A stretch of DNA of 63,364 nucleotides, counting the filler, from Conidiobolus incongruus B7586 (taxonomy: Eukaryota): the NCBI GenBank assembly GCA_000697335.1. It is 21 parts of 21 records of this genome, joined end to end, with 100 filler letters (N's around TTAATTAATTAA, not from the genome) between each part and the next. Parts side by side here need not be neighbours in the genome. Positions count along the whole stretch, not along the records: positions 38,146 to 39,736 come from JNEM01004001.1; positions 39,837 to 51,336 come from JNEM01004002.1; positions 51,437 to 52,786 come from JNEM01004006.1; 18 more parts are not named here. One strand, 5' to 3'. A program made the translations under genes and the position numbers. Positions 39,720 to 52,786 of this stretch are shown in pieces. Within the stretch, counting starts at the first letter, position 1. Every line of letters starts with the position of its first letter. The notes under the pieces are model-generated. The model did not search any database and had not been told where the DNA came from. It saw only the letters and a list, made by a program, of their open reading frames with translations.

Positions 39720-42410
39720 TTTATATAATAATAAAANNNNNNNNNNNNNNNNNNNNNNNNNNNNNNNNNNNNNNNNNNNNTTAATTAATTAANNNNNNNN
39801 NNNNNNNNNNNNNNNNNNNNNNNNNNNNNNNNNNNNATATAGTTATATATATGCTATTAATACTGATATTTTTGATATTAAAAGTATCAAATATTGATTA
39901 TATAAATAAAAATTGATATGAAATATCTCGTATATATCATTTAATATTAAAATAGTCCCTTTTATATTTCTTAATTATTTTAGCATTTTATTTATTATTT
40001 AATAATAATAATAATTAGTATAAAATAAATTTTATTCAAAGATTACCCTTTTAAAACTTTTTCCATAATTCTTGAAATTATAGAAATTATCTTCTATTTT
40101 ATTTAATTATAGTTTAACAAAATTTACTCCAAAGTATATTAATTCATAATATAATTTGATAAAGAATTTATTATAAAACATATTATAAGTTTATTACAAA
40201 TATAAACAAAGTTTTTAATAATAATTATAAATCCTAAGAATAATTTAATAAAAAAATGTAGTATATATTAAAACAAAGAACAAGGGTTGTAATAAAAATT
40301 AAAATTCATATCTTATTTAAATATAAATTTACATTATCTAAAAGTTTTCCAAAGTAGTTTTATAACCTGATGGTAGGATATAATATAAATCAATATATTG
40401 ATTAATCTTTAATATAGGAAATTTATTAAATTTCTATTGAATATAATATCAAGATTTTATATTATCTGATTACTATTTATACAGTATATATAATTCCAAT
40501 TTCATTTTAATTTTTCAACTCACGCCATATATTCTGTCAATAGTAAAATTGGTATACAAAAATAGTTGAATTGTATTTTCAATTAAAATAGGAATTTATT
40601 ATTATATTATATATATACATGTATACTATAATAAAACCAATTTTATTCATGCATATTAGAGAAATTTGAGAAATTTTTCAAATTAATATATCATTAGCCT
40701 ATTTTTATATAACTTAAATATTTTCATTTTGTTTTTTAAACTTCTCCAAATTACTTACATAAACCTGATAATATAAATATAGCTTCAATATGCTAATCTT
40801 GTTTTGAAATCACAATAGTTTAATATATATTTTTTAATAAACTTAATTAAACCTATTAATTTTAAAAGATATTATAATTTGTTAATTATAAGATTTCTTG
40901 TTTCAATCTATTTATGATTTTTCATTAATTACCTATATTACTCAATAAATATTAAAATTAGATAATGAAATTTGCATATTCTCAATTAACTGTTATTATC
41001 AGCTAATATGGTAAGGTGATATAATAGATAAATCGAATATTTCTATAGTAATATATTAATTTGTATAAAAAATTTTTGATAAGAGAATAAACACTAATTT
41101 TAATGATATTTCAGCAGTCTTTATATGATCAAGCCATATAATAAGATCTATTATATTTCAACTTGACAATAATTTATTTAAGTAATCATATGTTGTAGTC
41201 ATTTGAAGAATCATAAGTACACGAATTAATTCAAATATTACGAAATGGGGATAAGCCATTTATAAAAAATAGCTTATTACCCAATTCACATATATTAAGT
41301 TCACTTATCATATATTAGGACCTTTATATTATCTTCGATCATACTCATATTAAATCAAACATCCTGATCTCTAAAATTTTTTAATTGTGATCCAAATACG
41401 ATTAAAAGGAATTTAAAACAATTAGATTTAATGGTTTGATTGATAATCAAGTATTATTAAACCAAATAAATAATAAAAGCACAGAATAATAACTTATATA
41501 AAATAATCATTATATAAATCAATTTATTTTAAAGTTTGAAAAATTTTAAATCTAAAAAATTAATTTTATGAGGAGTAAAATCTTTCAATTAAATATCTTA
41601 AAAAGATTAAACATTAGTTTAATATAGTTGTATTAAAAGATTAAATTTAACTATCTACTATAGTTGATTAATAAAGATATCAAAGGACATTATATAATAT
41701 TGGAATAATTCAATTTTAATAAATATCCCATTGACAATCTATTTTAAATATACTTACCTCTAAATAAGGTCAAATGACAGGTAAAAAGTTGCCAATTTAA
41801 TGTATTTCGATAACATATTACTAATTCTTTTAAATTGAAATTCATAAATATTGAGAGAACTACCAATATGAAAATGATAAAAACTATTAATAAATTAATT
41901 TTTACTATTTAACACTCGATAAAATACACAAATTTTAAGAAGTTTATTTATTTAAAGTAATCATATCTTTTATATTCAGAGCTCAACATTATAAATAATC
42001 TAAAATATTATTAAATTTTATATTATAATTATAATTCATATTAATCCTTTAAAATTTATTATAAATATAGGTTATTGATATTATTAAGTTTGTTAATTAT
42101 TTTCAATATTATTACACTATTAAATCTTATATAATTATCAATAGATACCTATCAAAAAATACTAACATGGGTTTTAAATTAAGAATAACACCTTATTAAT
42201 ATTAACAATAATAAATATGATTTTGATTCTTAAAATTTGAGAAAAATTAGCGGACAAATGTTCAATAAATTATAAAATTTTACATAATTATTATTTATTG
42301 TGTTTTGTATTTTTTAACCGATGTTAAAATACTGTGAAATAATTTAATTTTTTTATATTATATCTATTTATAATATGATAATAATTATTAATAATTAAAA
42401 CAATTACTAT

Positions 42411-45400
42411 TCAAAGTAAATAACTCTTCACAAAGCCTATATTCTGAACTTTGAAGGGGAGTTTCGGTCCCAACAGGATGGGTACGACCACGAGACCCAC
42501 GAGGGTAATGAGCATGACTATGAAGAGGATCAAGTATGAGATGAAGAGAGTTCTGCGTCTCGATTTCTGCTTTTGGGAAAAGATTGGAGGTCGCATTTGT
42601 TGACTGGGTCTTAACCAGAACAGCATAGTACTGTGCCAACGATCCACCAATGGAATGAGAGTGAAGGGAGCTAACATAAAGAGAATGAAGTGACCAAGGA
42701 TGAAATCTGATGCGAAATAGCTCAACTCAACGATTTTGCAAACAAATTCACGTACCATCATATACAGAGCAGTAATGCCCAGCCCCTTCCCGATCCATTT
42801 GCCAGTCCACCATGCGACGTTGGTAGCGTCGTCGCCGAACTCTCGCGTTAGGATTGTAGACATCAAGAGTTGGAAAATGGCTCTCTGTACGAAAATCGCT
42901 GTCAATACACCCAATATCGTTCTGGACAAAGTCCAAGATTCCAGCATCAACAGCAGCAAGAACATCGCAATAAGATTGATGACTGCCCAAGCGTGAGCGA
43001 TAGCTGCGAGTACACCTCCAAACTGTTTCCAGCAGGTGCCTACGATAGGACCAACAAAGAGCGAAATGGGGAATAAAATCAACAAAATTCCAGCATTCAT
43101 AGCAATGGGACCCACCGCAATCACTAAAATTCTTGTAATAGACCTGGTTCTGGAGGGGCCTCCATCCACGAAATGAGAACTTCCGAGGTAAGAATACGCA
43201 AGAAGTACAATGAAAGCAATGAAAATGGGTACGACAATTTCCGGTATTAAAATGGACAACTTGTGAGCTCTTGGAACATATGAGGTCAACAAACGTTTTG
43301 GATCTCCTAGTCTACGACGTTTAACACCTGTAATCCGCGTTCTTAAATATCTGCAATGAGCTACCCAAGAATTTTTTTGACTCGTAGCGTTTCCCGAACT
43401 TAGCCAGCGTAAAAATTCGCGATAGTCTAGGATGAAATCAACTGGGCTGAACTGGTGAGGGTTGAACACGAATGGACTTAAACATAATGCAAATGACAGA
43501 ACCCAAAAGTATATGAGATGGGGTAGCCAAATGGTAAGTGATGCGAATAAGATCATCAATAGGAACCGAAACCCTGTGTACAGACTGGAGGTTGCGAATC
43601 TTCCGTAAAGTACCGAGAATGGAACTCTTGTAGTGGCAAAACCTCTTCCAGTAGCGATGTAACGTGCACCACCAAAGCTTAAATTTGTCAGAATTGCATT
43701 ACAGTAAATTTGGTTGACGAACATTTCGAACAATGGAGATAACGATACGAAATGCTTACCCAATCTGATTAATGTCCTGACGAACCCTTGTTCCGTAAAT
43801 ACTTGAACAAACAGTGGCAGGTACGAAATGGCGAAGATGACGAAAATGGCAATGACGGTGGATTTGATCCAACTGTAAATGGGCCAAATATTGAAACAGT
43901 CGTCGATGATTTCGATGTCGGCACCTTCATTCAAGGGTTCTTCACAGATCGGCAAAGTGATTGCTAGCGCACCCAAACAGAGTAGAGAGATTAGGAATAG
44001 CTGAATAGCAAACATAATCATTACATTATTCACATGAAAACCTGGATGAGCGTAGTAGAAAGTTAATAAGCGATCCAGACTCAATTGAGTTCCAATGTAA
44101 TATTGCTCTCGCGATAAAATCTGTTCACCCATACCCGTACCAATTTTGGTATTGAAGTTGAGAATACTACAAAAGCCGAGATCTCTTCCCTTACCACACT
44201 GGTAGTACTCGGTATGTTTGATACGACCTCCGCGTTGAAAAGCATTGATACCAGCGTAAATATCCTCATTCAAATGTAGACCCTTTTGAGCTTTACTAAC
44301 GCCTCCACGTGTGTACATGAACACAGTACTCAAGAAGTCAGGATGACCATAATGCAACTTACCACCCACACGCGCCATAATACGTTGAGTCATCGTACCA
44401 AAAGTTTGTTCCTTACCGGCAGCGACATCCCCGAGTACGCCAATATTCTCAGAGAAGATATACTCCCTAGCACCCACAATAGCTACCGGAGCATTCTTAA
44501 AACTTTCGGGGAGGGACGAAGAGTAGGGTGAGATGGTGGGATCTTGTTCGAATTGTTCGAATTCCGTCAAAATACTGCGCACTTTCAAAGCTTCTTCCAA
44601 GTAATTGTCCTGGTTAGCATCAATTAATTGTACATACTCGCCCCTAGTAAAAATCACAGAGTGATTTTGGTTGTCAGCTTTACCGTCGCCCAAAATAGGA
44701 TGACCCGGTAATTTGATGCGGTACTTAGGCACCCTGTTGCCATCACCATCCAATGGGCATCTTCCATCAATCAAGCAGCTGTAGTACTCGGTGGATTGTT
44801 GATTATCATCAGATGTGACAATTTCTTCAAGATAAGCAATTTGTAAATCTGGGAAAGCTTGAAGTAAGAAATTAACGTCGTTACGTTCATCTGGATTGAA
44901 TTTGGTATATCGCTGCATCGTGATTAAGAGTTTGAACTTGCGTTTTACCATTCTATCTAATTCACGATCTAATCGCTCGTTACTACCACCGAAAGATTTG
45001 ACCATTTCAGGGTTTTCAATACGGTATAGAATTTTGATGGCTTTCGCATAATTCATGAATCCTGAAATGGTTCGATAAAGGGTTTGAGCTCTTAAAGATG
45101 CCCAGATTCTAGTACGTAGGACATACTCGGGATTGGCACTCTTGAAACCCACACAATAGAATGGTAAATCATCAATACGACTCTTCTCACTGGACCTTGA
45201 CGAATCAGTTTCCAAAGGAGGAGGAGGAGCATCTTCGGTGTACACTGTACTCTCCTCAGCCATCACTTTAGAATCTTTGACAAAGTTAGTCCATTCGAAA
45301 CTGTGTAAACTCTTCAAATACTCCAGTAATGTGACTCTCGCATGTCGATCATCTTCCCTAATAATTTCCCTCAACGTCAACAGAATCTTCTCAGAGTAAT

Positions 45401-48095
45401 GTGGTGTAAATACAGTAAATGACGGCATTTGATTCACGGGCACAGGTTCTGGCAATATAGTGGATAAACTCTGGGCAAAGAACGAAATTCTACGTTCAGC
45501 CTCCGACCCGGGTGGGAAGAACTCCGCCTTGAGGGTCGTGTCCTCCTGAGCGACGAAAAAAGTGGGAGGTTTTAGAGTTCTTTTACCTTCTGTCTCACTT
45601 GGGACTTGTTGATAGAGAAGACGTTGCAAATGTTCAATATTCAACAAATGTTCGCGATACATGGAAATTACGATACTGTTCCAAATTTGACTTGTCAAAA
45701 ATTTAGGTTTATATTTGACATCCATTTGAGCTGTCGCCAAAATTTTGGTATGAATACGCTTTGGTAATCTCGAAAAGATATTGCGCCAGGGTGTCAATAT
45801 TGAAATTCCAATGTAGAACGAGTGGAATGCACTAAAAACCGTATTCCAAACGATATACCAAAAGTACGTATCCAAAAAGAAGAGTAACATATCCATTATC
45901 GTCATAATTGCAAGGGTCAAAAGTCCCATATTTCTACAGAATAAACTTCCTAACAAATTGTCCCTACATTGAGGAATTACTACAACACTTAGGGATTTAA
46001 AAGTGTCCTTGAAACTAAGCACAATATAGAAGTAAGATTCCCACAATTTGCATATAATGATCAGTGCCCATAATGATATTGATACAGCTCTATCTCGAGA
46101 CTCTAACACCGGATAATTTGCTGTGAAGGTTCGGTTAATGAGGCCTTGTTTACCTCCCCACTCTTCAGGCTTGCCATTACTTCGAAATAGATTTTGAGGA
46201 GGTACAATTATTAGACAAATACTCGCAAGTGTTGAAATCACAAATTGAGCAATACTTAGTGATAATGAAATTGTAGTATTTTTACTGAAGAATCGAATAT
46301 AAATAAATGGTACAAAACATAAGATCAACATCAATAATAAAATCATAAATCTAAAAAATAAAATTTTGAACACTTTCCAAGATCGTGGTAAAAAGAAAAA
46401 TTCTGAAATTGTTGCAATTATGGCTAATGCACTAGCAATGGCACCTCCGAGACCCAAGTAACTGAGATGAAGTGGAAGTTCGCGGGGGTCATACACTTTC
46501 TCGTCAGCGATTTTGCCATCGTTTTTGGACCATAGAAAAGTTGCATTATTAATTAGGTAGAGGTAATAAACAACCAGATGAAAGATCCATATCCGACTAA
46601 AATTCGTAATAAGATGTAGGGTGGTTCGCCTCTCATAATAGGTTTTGCGGAATACTCGCTTCCATTGCACTTTGGCAAGTTGGACGTACCTTTCGTTGAA
46701 TGGGAGGCTCATCAGTTTCGTCTTCTTGTCGTCCAACACGATTCTGTCTAGGCCTTCAGCGCTCCAAAACAGTTCGTTGACATCGTCGTAACCAATTGTA
46801 GAAGAATGATCCTTTTCCCTTCTAAAGTATTTACCGTTGATGATTTCGTAAGATTGGTCCCTGATAAAGTTGTATATTGGTGTGGCTACATTATTTAAGA
46901 AGTGGCAATCTTCAGCTACTGGATAATCATGATTAGGATCATTCTGAAAATTAGACAGATAATCCAAACAAATTTTGTAAATGAAGCATAATGCTTCGGG
47001 AGTAAATCTCAAAGTTAAACTTTCGCCCCAGATCAGCAGATAGAGTGCAATATGTTGGACTTTGGTGACTGGTGATAGACGATCCATCCTCCTGCGCCAT
47101 CGGTTTCTGATGGTTTCGATTTTTTTGGAGTCGGTGTCGTCGTTCGTGTCGAGATCGTCAGCTTGATGAGCTTTACCGGTTAGTGGCGATGCACCATCGT
47201 CGTAAAGTTTGGTGCAGAATAACCATTTCCTGTAGTTGGCATGCTCGCCACCGATGTAGTCGGCATGCAGGGTGATGAGTGCCATGGATGGCTCCATCCT
47301 AGAAGCTCTCGAATCCAATAGTGTCATCATAAAATCATACATATTTTCCATATTGTCTGGCTGAAATCCGAAGATTTGCTTCAAATAGGTGAATTGGTCG
47401 TAAATCTCTTCCTTGCTGATTGGATGCTGATGGTGCAGGGACCACGCGGGATATTGGTCATTATTCTCCGGCTGACTGCCAAATCCCGTGGTGTCGGACC
47501 CATGTGCCCCAGAGTTCCACGAGTAGGACTGTGTCATAGAACTTCCGCTAGTCTGTCGGAGCTGTTTGCGCTGCTCCAGCAAAGCCATCAACGATTCTGT
47601 CGACGGCGCATACTGAAAATAGCGATTATCTTCGTGGGGAACGTTATTTATACTTTGATACAAGTCATAATCTAGTGAGACCACCGATCTGCACGACGTC
47701 AACTGATGGGTGGTGATCCTGCACTGTGGACTCGACACTTGTGAAATACCATCCTGGTTCAAATGCAAAGTTGATGATGTGTGAAATCCTCCCGAATTAT
47801 TCCCATCACCAATACCAACGCTACTTCTGGGCTCCGTGGATCTCAAAGAATTCTCAGGCAACTTAATATTCTCACGAATTTCCAAGTCATCCCTCTCCAA
47901 TTCTCCCAAATTTGGAAGTATTTCAGTATTGCTGGGATTATACAAATTTAAGCCATCTGTAGCATTCTCTATCGATTGATAGCTTGCACTCGGCTGTACT
48001 ACATGTTGTCTATACTCTCTTCCTGTATGTTCTTCATCGTGGTAATATTTTTGTATTGGAGTTTTGGGGTTGTCATTTTGTGATTTGGAATTCAT
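42411..48095 (-). CDS. FKS1: 1,3-beta-glucan synthase catalytic subunit (GT48), intronless, 1894 aa
   Basis: Motifs SLTLRFTPEALCF, SEAERRISFFAQSL, RTRIWASLRAQTLYRT, ILGDGKADNQNH, IDANQDNYLEE, LHYGHPDF, GLHLNEDIYAG, YYQCGKGRDLGF and YIATGRGF are present, with two TM clusters. Confidence 0.98.
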   Translation of the reverse strand: MNSKSQNDNPKTPIQKYYHDEEHTGREYRQHVVQPSASYQSIENATDGLNLYNPSNTEILPNLGELERDDLEIRENIKLPENSLRSTEPRSSVGIGDGNNSGGFHTSSTLHLNQDGISQVSSPQCRITTHQLTSCRSVVSLDYDLYQSINNVPHEDNRYFQYAPSTESLMALLEQRKQLRQTSGSSMTQSYSWNSGAHGSDTTGFGSQPENNDQYPAWSLHHQHPISKEEIYDQFTYLKQIFGFQPDNMENMYDFMMTLLDSRASRMEPSMALITLHADYIGGEHANYRKWLFCTKLYDDGASPLTGKAHQADDLDTNDDTDSKKIETIRNRWRRRMDRLSPVTKVQHIALYLLIWGESLTLRFTPEALCFIYKICLDYLSNFQNDPNHDYPVAEDCHFLNNVATPIYNFIRDQSYEIINGKYFRREKDHSSTIGYDDVNELFWSAEGLDRIVLDDKKTKLMSLPFNERYVQLAKVQWKRVFRKTYYERRTTLHLITNFSRIWIFHLVVYYLYLINNATFLWSKNDGKIADEKVYDPRELPLHLSYLGLGGAIASALAIIATISEFFFLPRSWKVFKILFFRFMILLLMLILCFVPFIYIRFFSKNTTISLSLSIAQFVISTLASICLIIVPPQNLFRSNGKPEEWGGKQGLINRTFTANYPVLESRDRAVSISLWALIIICKLWESYFYIVLSFKDTFKSLSVVVIPQCRDNLLGSLFCRNMGLLTLAIMTIMDMLLFFLDTYFWYIVWNTVFSAFHSFYIGISILTPWRNIFSRLPKRIHTKILATAQMDVKYKPKFLTSQIWNSIVISMYREHLLNIEHLQRLLYQQVPSETEGKRTLKPPTFFVAQEDTTLKAEFFPPGSEAERRISFFAQSLSTILPEPVPVNQMPSFTVFTPHYSEKILLTLREIIREDDRHARVTLLEYLKSLHSFEWTNFVKDSKVMAEESTVYTEDAPPPPLETDSSRSSEKSRIDDLPFYCVGFKSANPEYVLRTRIWASLRAQTLYRTISGFMNYAKAIKILYRIENPEMVKSFGGSNERLDRELDRMVKRKFKLLITMQRYTKFNPDERNDVNFLLQAFPDLQIAYLEEIVTSDDNQQSTEYYSCLIDGRCPLDGDGNRVPKYRIKLPGHPILGDGKADNQNHSVIFTRGEYVQLIDANQDNYLEEALKVRSILTEFEQFEQDPTISPYSSSLPESFKNAPVAIVGAREYIFSENIGVLGDVAAGKEQTFGTMTQRIMARVGGKLHYGHPDFLSTVFMYTRGGVSKAQKGLHLNEDIYAGINAFQRGGRIKHTEYYQCGKGRDLGFCSILNFNTKIGTGMGEQILSREQYYIGTQLSLDRLLTFYYAHPGFHVNNVMIMFAIQLFLISLLCLGALAITLPICEEPLNEGADIEIIDDCFNIWPIYSWIKSTVIAIFVIFAISYLPLFVQVFTEQGFVRTLIRLGKHFVSLSPLFEMFVNQIYCNAILTNLSFGGARYIATGRGFATTRVPFSVLYGRFATSSLYTGFRFLLMILFASLTIWLPHLIYFWVLSFALCLSPFVFNPHQFSPVDFILDYREFLRWLSSGNATSQKNSWVAHCRYLRTRITGVKRRRLGDPKRLLTSYVPRAHKLSILIPEIVVPIFIAFIVLLAYSYLGSSHFVDGGPSRTRSITRILVIAVGPIAMNAGILLILFPISLFVGPIVGTCWKQFGGVLAAIAHAWAVINLIAMFLLLLMLESWTLSRTILGVLTAIFVQRAIFQLLMSTILTREFGDDATNVAWWTGKWIGKGLGITALYMMVREFVCKIVELSYFASDFILGHFILFMLAPFTLIPLVDRWHSTMLFWLRPSQQMRPPIFSQKQKSRRRTLFISYLILFIVMLITLVGLVVVPILLGPKLPFKVQNIGFVKSYLL

Positions 48096-51000
48096 AATTT
48101 GTAAATTAAAAATTCAAAATTATTTAACAATAAAAAACACTTTTGTATGCACAAATACTCTAACGTAACGTATGAGAGTAGTTGTTTAAATTAATATTGA
48201 TAATGGTAAGTTGAAATGAATTGATAATACTATTGATATTATGATAAATGGTATCACACTATTATTTAATCAATCAAAACAGTTCAAATTGAGAATATAT
48301 AGAAGTATAGAATAAATTATTTAACAATACAAATTAAAAAATATATTAAAAAGAAAAAGAAGAAAAGCGATTAAAAAAATATAATCAATGATAATGATGA
48401 TAATAATATTAATAAAACTTTCATTGATAATCAACAATGATAAAAATATTTAATTAAACTAAAACTTTAATGATGTTGAAATTAACTTGTAATTGATTTC
48501 CGATTGATTTAAGTTACCGAGTTTGATGATTTTTTACTTGTTATCATTTTTGGAGTTTGATATCATTAAATTGGGTTATTTATAATACCATTGAAACCTT
48601 ATAATTTGTATCATATCCCTTTTATTCATTATAATTCTTTGAGGTTTGTTAGCATTTTTCTTCTTATGAATTATATTGAACTTTTATAATATACTTTTAT
48701 TGTAGACTATTTTCAATGATAACATACTAATTATAATGCGAAATAAACCAATTATTCACTTGAAAAATCCCATAATTTCAAACAATTACCATGGAGAACA
48801 TTTCTAAATGTCATCAATTTATCTTTTACTAACAGATAAACCACTAAATCAACAAATTTCAATTCAAATGATTTCATTTCAAGAAATTTAATAGTCAACA
48901 AACAATACCCAAAGGAATTGAAATTCTCCGATTTTTACTGAAAAATGACTAATATTTTATAGGTTTAGTTCAAATATTCAATTTAAAATATTAAAATTTA
49001 TAAAAATAATTTTTTATGCAATATATTAAAGTTCAAATTTGAAAATAATATTATTACTCTCAACGTCATAATATCATCATTCGCATAATTTTTGAGGGAT
49101 TGATTTCACTTAAAATTTCTTCTAAACTGTTATAATTTTAAACAATGAATATTTATCATACTTTTAAGTTTATCAATAAAAAAGTTGAATTTGTTAAAAT
49201 TATCATTCGATGATGTATTCGTCGACCTGGATTGATATTTTTTGATAAGCTGATAACTGATTATAAATTCAACAATTTCAATCGATTCGTATTATTGAAA
49301 GATTTGGGTGATTCCTTTTAGATTTAATTCAAACTTTTAATGCTATTTCGAATTGCTATTGTTATGTTGTTTAAGCTTGATAAAACTATCAATGATATAA
49401 TATGAATAGTTGGTATTATAATAAATATAATATTGAAGTGGGCTTTTAGTTCATATTATTTATTAATACTGGCTTAACTCCGGAGTATGTATTCACTGAA
49501 ATTGAAAGAATATAGTACTATTGATACTCAGCAAATTATCGTATTATTATAAAATTCAATGATTTTGATAGATTAAAGAATCTAAAAATATAATTCAATA
49601 GGTATCGATTAGTTTTATATCATGTATCTTAAATTAACAAATTTAATTAATTATCCTTAATATTAATAAAATCTGTATATATTTTTGATAGATGTTTGGT
49701 ATTCAATCGGTTGATTCAATATATATGTAGCTATAATCCCATTAAGTCAATTTTTATATTCTTCATTAAGAAATTTCCATAAACATAATTGATATTTGAG
49801 ACTTAAATAGGAAATGAATGGAGTTAAATTGTAATCTAGTATAAAATTTATTGAAATAATTTGATGAATTATATTATTACTTTACAAATAAGTTTTCTAA
49901 TAACTAATTTATGTACTCAAACTAATGTTTAGGAATTATCATTATAAAAACTTTTGAAAATTTCAGAAGTTAAAAAAAGTATTTTGTAAAATGATTGATA
50001 TAAATATTACCTAATTAATTTACAATTTCTGATTTTTAAATATATTTCATTTAATCTGCTCATTTTAATTGTTCTAAATTTTAATGCTATCGGCCAGTTG
50101 ACAATATTAGTCATGTCAAAAATATATTTTTTTAAATAATCTTATATTGACTAATAATGAAAAATCTTATCAAATTGGAAATATTAGCTATTAATATTGA
50201 CATTTTATTACAATTTTGATGATGTCATTTGATATATTTTTAACCCATCAAAAACCTTATCAATATAACCTGATATTAACCCGTGACTCGAAAAACTATG
50301 CGAAGTAATGACGTCAATATGATTTAATAATAGATATCCAATTAAATAGTTTGATAAATTTAAAGTCAACTTAATAACAAATTTGTTCAAAATCATCCAC
50401 AATTTTATATGAATGTTTAAATCACTTTGTTGTATATATATTTTAATAATGTATAGAAAGTGTAACTAACCTTATTATTTAATATTTTAGTTAATAATTA
50501 TTCCTATTAGGTTTTATGATAAAATATAAAATGTTATTGCAATTATAATGTTATAAATTAGTGATATAAATATTATCGTCTGATTTTAACTATGTCAAAT
50601 ATTTAATAATAAAAAATGATTCAAATTAAAAATAATACATTTTTTAATTTAAAAATCAACCATAGTAAATCTGAAAATTGTAATACTTAGGTAAAAATGG
50701 AGTCATTTCTCTAATAAAATTACTTTTGTTGGGCCTGAGACAAATATAAATAGAAAATTATTAAAATATTTAAAATAATTGGTTAATATCAAGTGAATTC
50801 AATTATATACTTAATTTTCTATATCAATTTGAAATAAATAAACATTTTTTTCAATTTATTTAAAATTATTTAATTTAAATTTGATTTGAATTTTCATTGT
50901 TCAAATCAAATTTTGAAATATTGGTTATTTGATAATATTCAAATATATTAATTATATATTTTTGATAAAACAAATATGTTGTATATTTATCTTTCTTTTG

Positions 51001-51436
51001 CTAATCAAGACTATATATAAAATTATGATAAAATTTAATATTAATTAAATTATCTTTATTATATTATTTTATTTAAAATAATAATTTTGGATTGTTTTTT
51101 TAATTTACTATATATATTAATTATTTTATTTTTGATTTATATAAATTATCATTTGAACTTTTAATTGACTAAAATGACATTATGCATATTTATGACTACC
51201 CAAAAATATATATTAATTAATATATTAAATTATATATTTATACATATTTATTAATTCTATTATTATTTGATTATTTTAAATTATTTTTATTTTATAAATA
51301 TATTTAAATTTTTTAAATCAACTATTATAATTTATANNNNNNNNNNNNNNNNNNNNNNNNNNNNNNNNNNNNNNNNNNNNTTAATTAATTAANNNNNNNN
51401 NNNNNNNNNNNNNNNNNNNNNNNNNNNNNNNNNNNN

Positions 51437-52786
51437 TTATATTTTAATTAATAACTTAATTAATATTTAATGAAATAAACTTAAATTAAGTAATTAAAAT
51501 TTATTATATTTATTAATAATATAGATTATTAGATGATAATATTTAATTATTAATTAGCTAAAATATCAACCTTTAAAATTTACTTAAAATTAGTTATAAA
51601 TTTGTAAGTTTTTAGTGATAAAAAAAATTAAAACCTAGTGAATTTATCTTTAACTTTTTTATCTTTTTTAAGTTTATAGGGTATAGAATCAATTAACTTT
51701 TTATATTAAAAAAAGTTAATTTTGTTTTATATTACTTGAATATATTTTTAAAACTAGTTTAAATTTTTTACTAAGGGAAAAACTTTAATAACTTTTTTTA
51801 ATTAATTTTAAAATAGTTTAATTAAGTTAAAATTAAGAAATTAAAGAAATTACTTTATAACTATTATTTTATTACTTTTAAGCTATTTAATAATATAAGT
51901 TATAATATAATAAAAGATATTATCTTACTAAAAAATAATATTAGATTTGTTTAACTTATATTATTCAATAGTGTTTTTTAATCTATTATCTAAAATACTC
52001 TAATATATTTTAATATTAATTCCTTTATTAACTTTTTAAAAATACTTTATATTTAAAGATAATATATATTCCCTAATAATAATTAATCTACTATTGTACT
52101 TTTAGGTAAAATTAATATAATGGTTATAAAGTAATTTTATTTTTTTTAAAATATTTAGCTTTTTTATTAGATTTACTAAGATATATTTTTGTTTTATTAA
52201 ATTAAATAACTTTATTTTAATTAGTTTCAATTGTATATTAATAATGACATTTGAACTTTTATTTAATTTTACAATGGATCTCTTTAATTAAGGGTGTTTT
52301 TTCTTAAGATATAAAAGATATCTATATTAATATAAAGCATATATAATAATATTAATTTTAACTAATATTCTTATATAGTTTTATAGTTTTTATTATATTT
52401 CTACAATAGTATTATATTTAATTTTATTAACTAACTTATAATTATACCTTTCATTATATTTATTTATAATTTTAACATATTTAAGTTTAGGTTTAAATAT
52501 ATCTTTATTATTATTTTTAACTATTTTAACTATAGAAAACTAACTAATACTAGTAATTCTAATAATATCACAAATTGATTTATTTTTTTATAAAGTTGAT
52601 TAATATATAAATGAATTTATTTAAAAAGGGATTTAAATATAATAATATTAATAAAAAGATTTTAATATATTGATAAAATATTATTTAAAATAATAACAAA
52701 AAGCAAAAAAAGATATGGCTATATATTGTTAAATATATCCCTTTATCTCAAAAACTTGTAAATTTATAACTTACTTTTATTAAATA
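51437..52786 (-). mobile_element. Tc1-family copy (subtype B)
   Basis: Near end-to-end homolog of 29681-31030 in the same orientation. Confidence 0.87.

Noticed and set aside
42388..47675. Seven short ORFs overlapping FKS1
   Set aside because: Expected by chance in a GC-richer coding region; no independent motifs.
50208..50402. 64-aa ORF in a mildly GC-richer patch
   Set aside because: Non-ATG start and no recognisable family. It may be a pseudogene scrap but cannot be supported.
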